Made by a program: the position numbers and the translations under genes. Positions 63,726-64,000 of a stretch of 64,000 nucleotides of DNA are shown piece by piece. Location: NCBI GenBank assembly GCA_963740315.1, contig CAVUDP010000001.1, forward strand, positions 512,001 to 576,000, in the 5' to 3' direction. The stretch comes from an uncultured cyanobacterium. Lineage in GTDB: Bacteria; Cyanobacteriota; Cyanobacteriia; Cyanobacteriales; Nostocaceae. A model generated the notes under the pieces. It was not told the DNA's origin. It saw only the letters and a program-made list of their open reading frames with translations, and did not search any database. Position 1 is the first letter of the stretch; the number at the start of each line of letters is the position of its first letter.

Positions 63726-63858
63726 ATTGAAAAAACTACTGGGTCCAACTTTTATCTAACGCAACAGCTATTTAACAAAGAAATGCTAAACAACTTTTGT
63801 ATCAAGACAAAAATTAAACCCAGTAAAAAAGTGTTATTTATTTCTTGAAATTAAGAAC

Positions 63859-63999
63859 TTAGAAGCGGTTGCCGCCTCCACGAGAAGGTACTAAGTTTAA
63901 GTAATCTAAGCTGGAAGCCTTGATGGTTTGAGCGTAGTTACCTTTATTGCTAACAGAAGCAGCCATGTCCGCATATTTACGGGGGTCGCCTTCAGAAAG
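63859..63999 (-). CDS. cpcG: Probable phycobilisome rod-core linker CpcG, 3' end (partial)
   Basis: LSEGDPRKYADMAASVSNKGNYAQTIKASSLDYLNLVPSRGGGNRF* resembles recalled CpcG C-termini. Confidence 0.65.
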   Translation of the reverse strand, partial: LSEGDPRKYADMAASVSNKGNYAQTIKASSLDYLNLVPSRGGGNRF

Positions 64000-64000
64000 T

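Overview
AT-rich chromosomal window from a filamentous, probably heterocystous cyanobacterium (Nostocales-like). This is supported by many HIP1 GCGATCGC octamers, heptameric STRR tandem repeats, psbK/psbM/petF/hli/cpcG and a devBCA-type exporter. Most of the window is housekeeping genes: the dnaB 3' end, FKBP, bvdR-like, petF, srxA, miaE, cobS, tgt, queF, ccdA/ccs1, prlC, SRP RNA and several histidine kinases. Intergenic regions are packed with small nested mobile repeats. Accessory loci are (i) a toxin-antitoxin island plus a separate GNAT/DUF1778 module, in which 3 of 4 toxins are broken; (ii) an SDR paired with a divergent QueA paralog; (iii) an orphan CRISPR cassette (type III-like 7-repeat array, Mesh1-like HD hydrolase, Cas6 with a C-terminal HTH) with no cas1/cas2/effector genes in the window; and (iv) the best candidate for an unusual system. 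In (iv), a small helical protein with an N/G/V/I-rich, amyloid-like tail is separated by a single in-frame TGA from an NLR-like NB-ARC-TPR gene. The NLR's conserved N-terminal FVGRE motif has no canonical start codon of its own, which suggests stop-codon readthrough producing both a free effector and an effector-NLR fusion. All calls come from reading the sequence and recalling motifs; no database searches were run.
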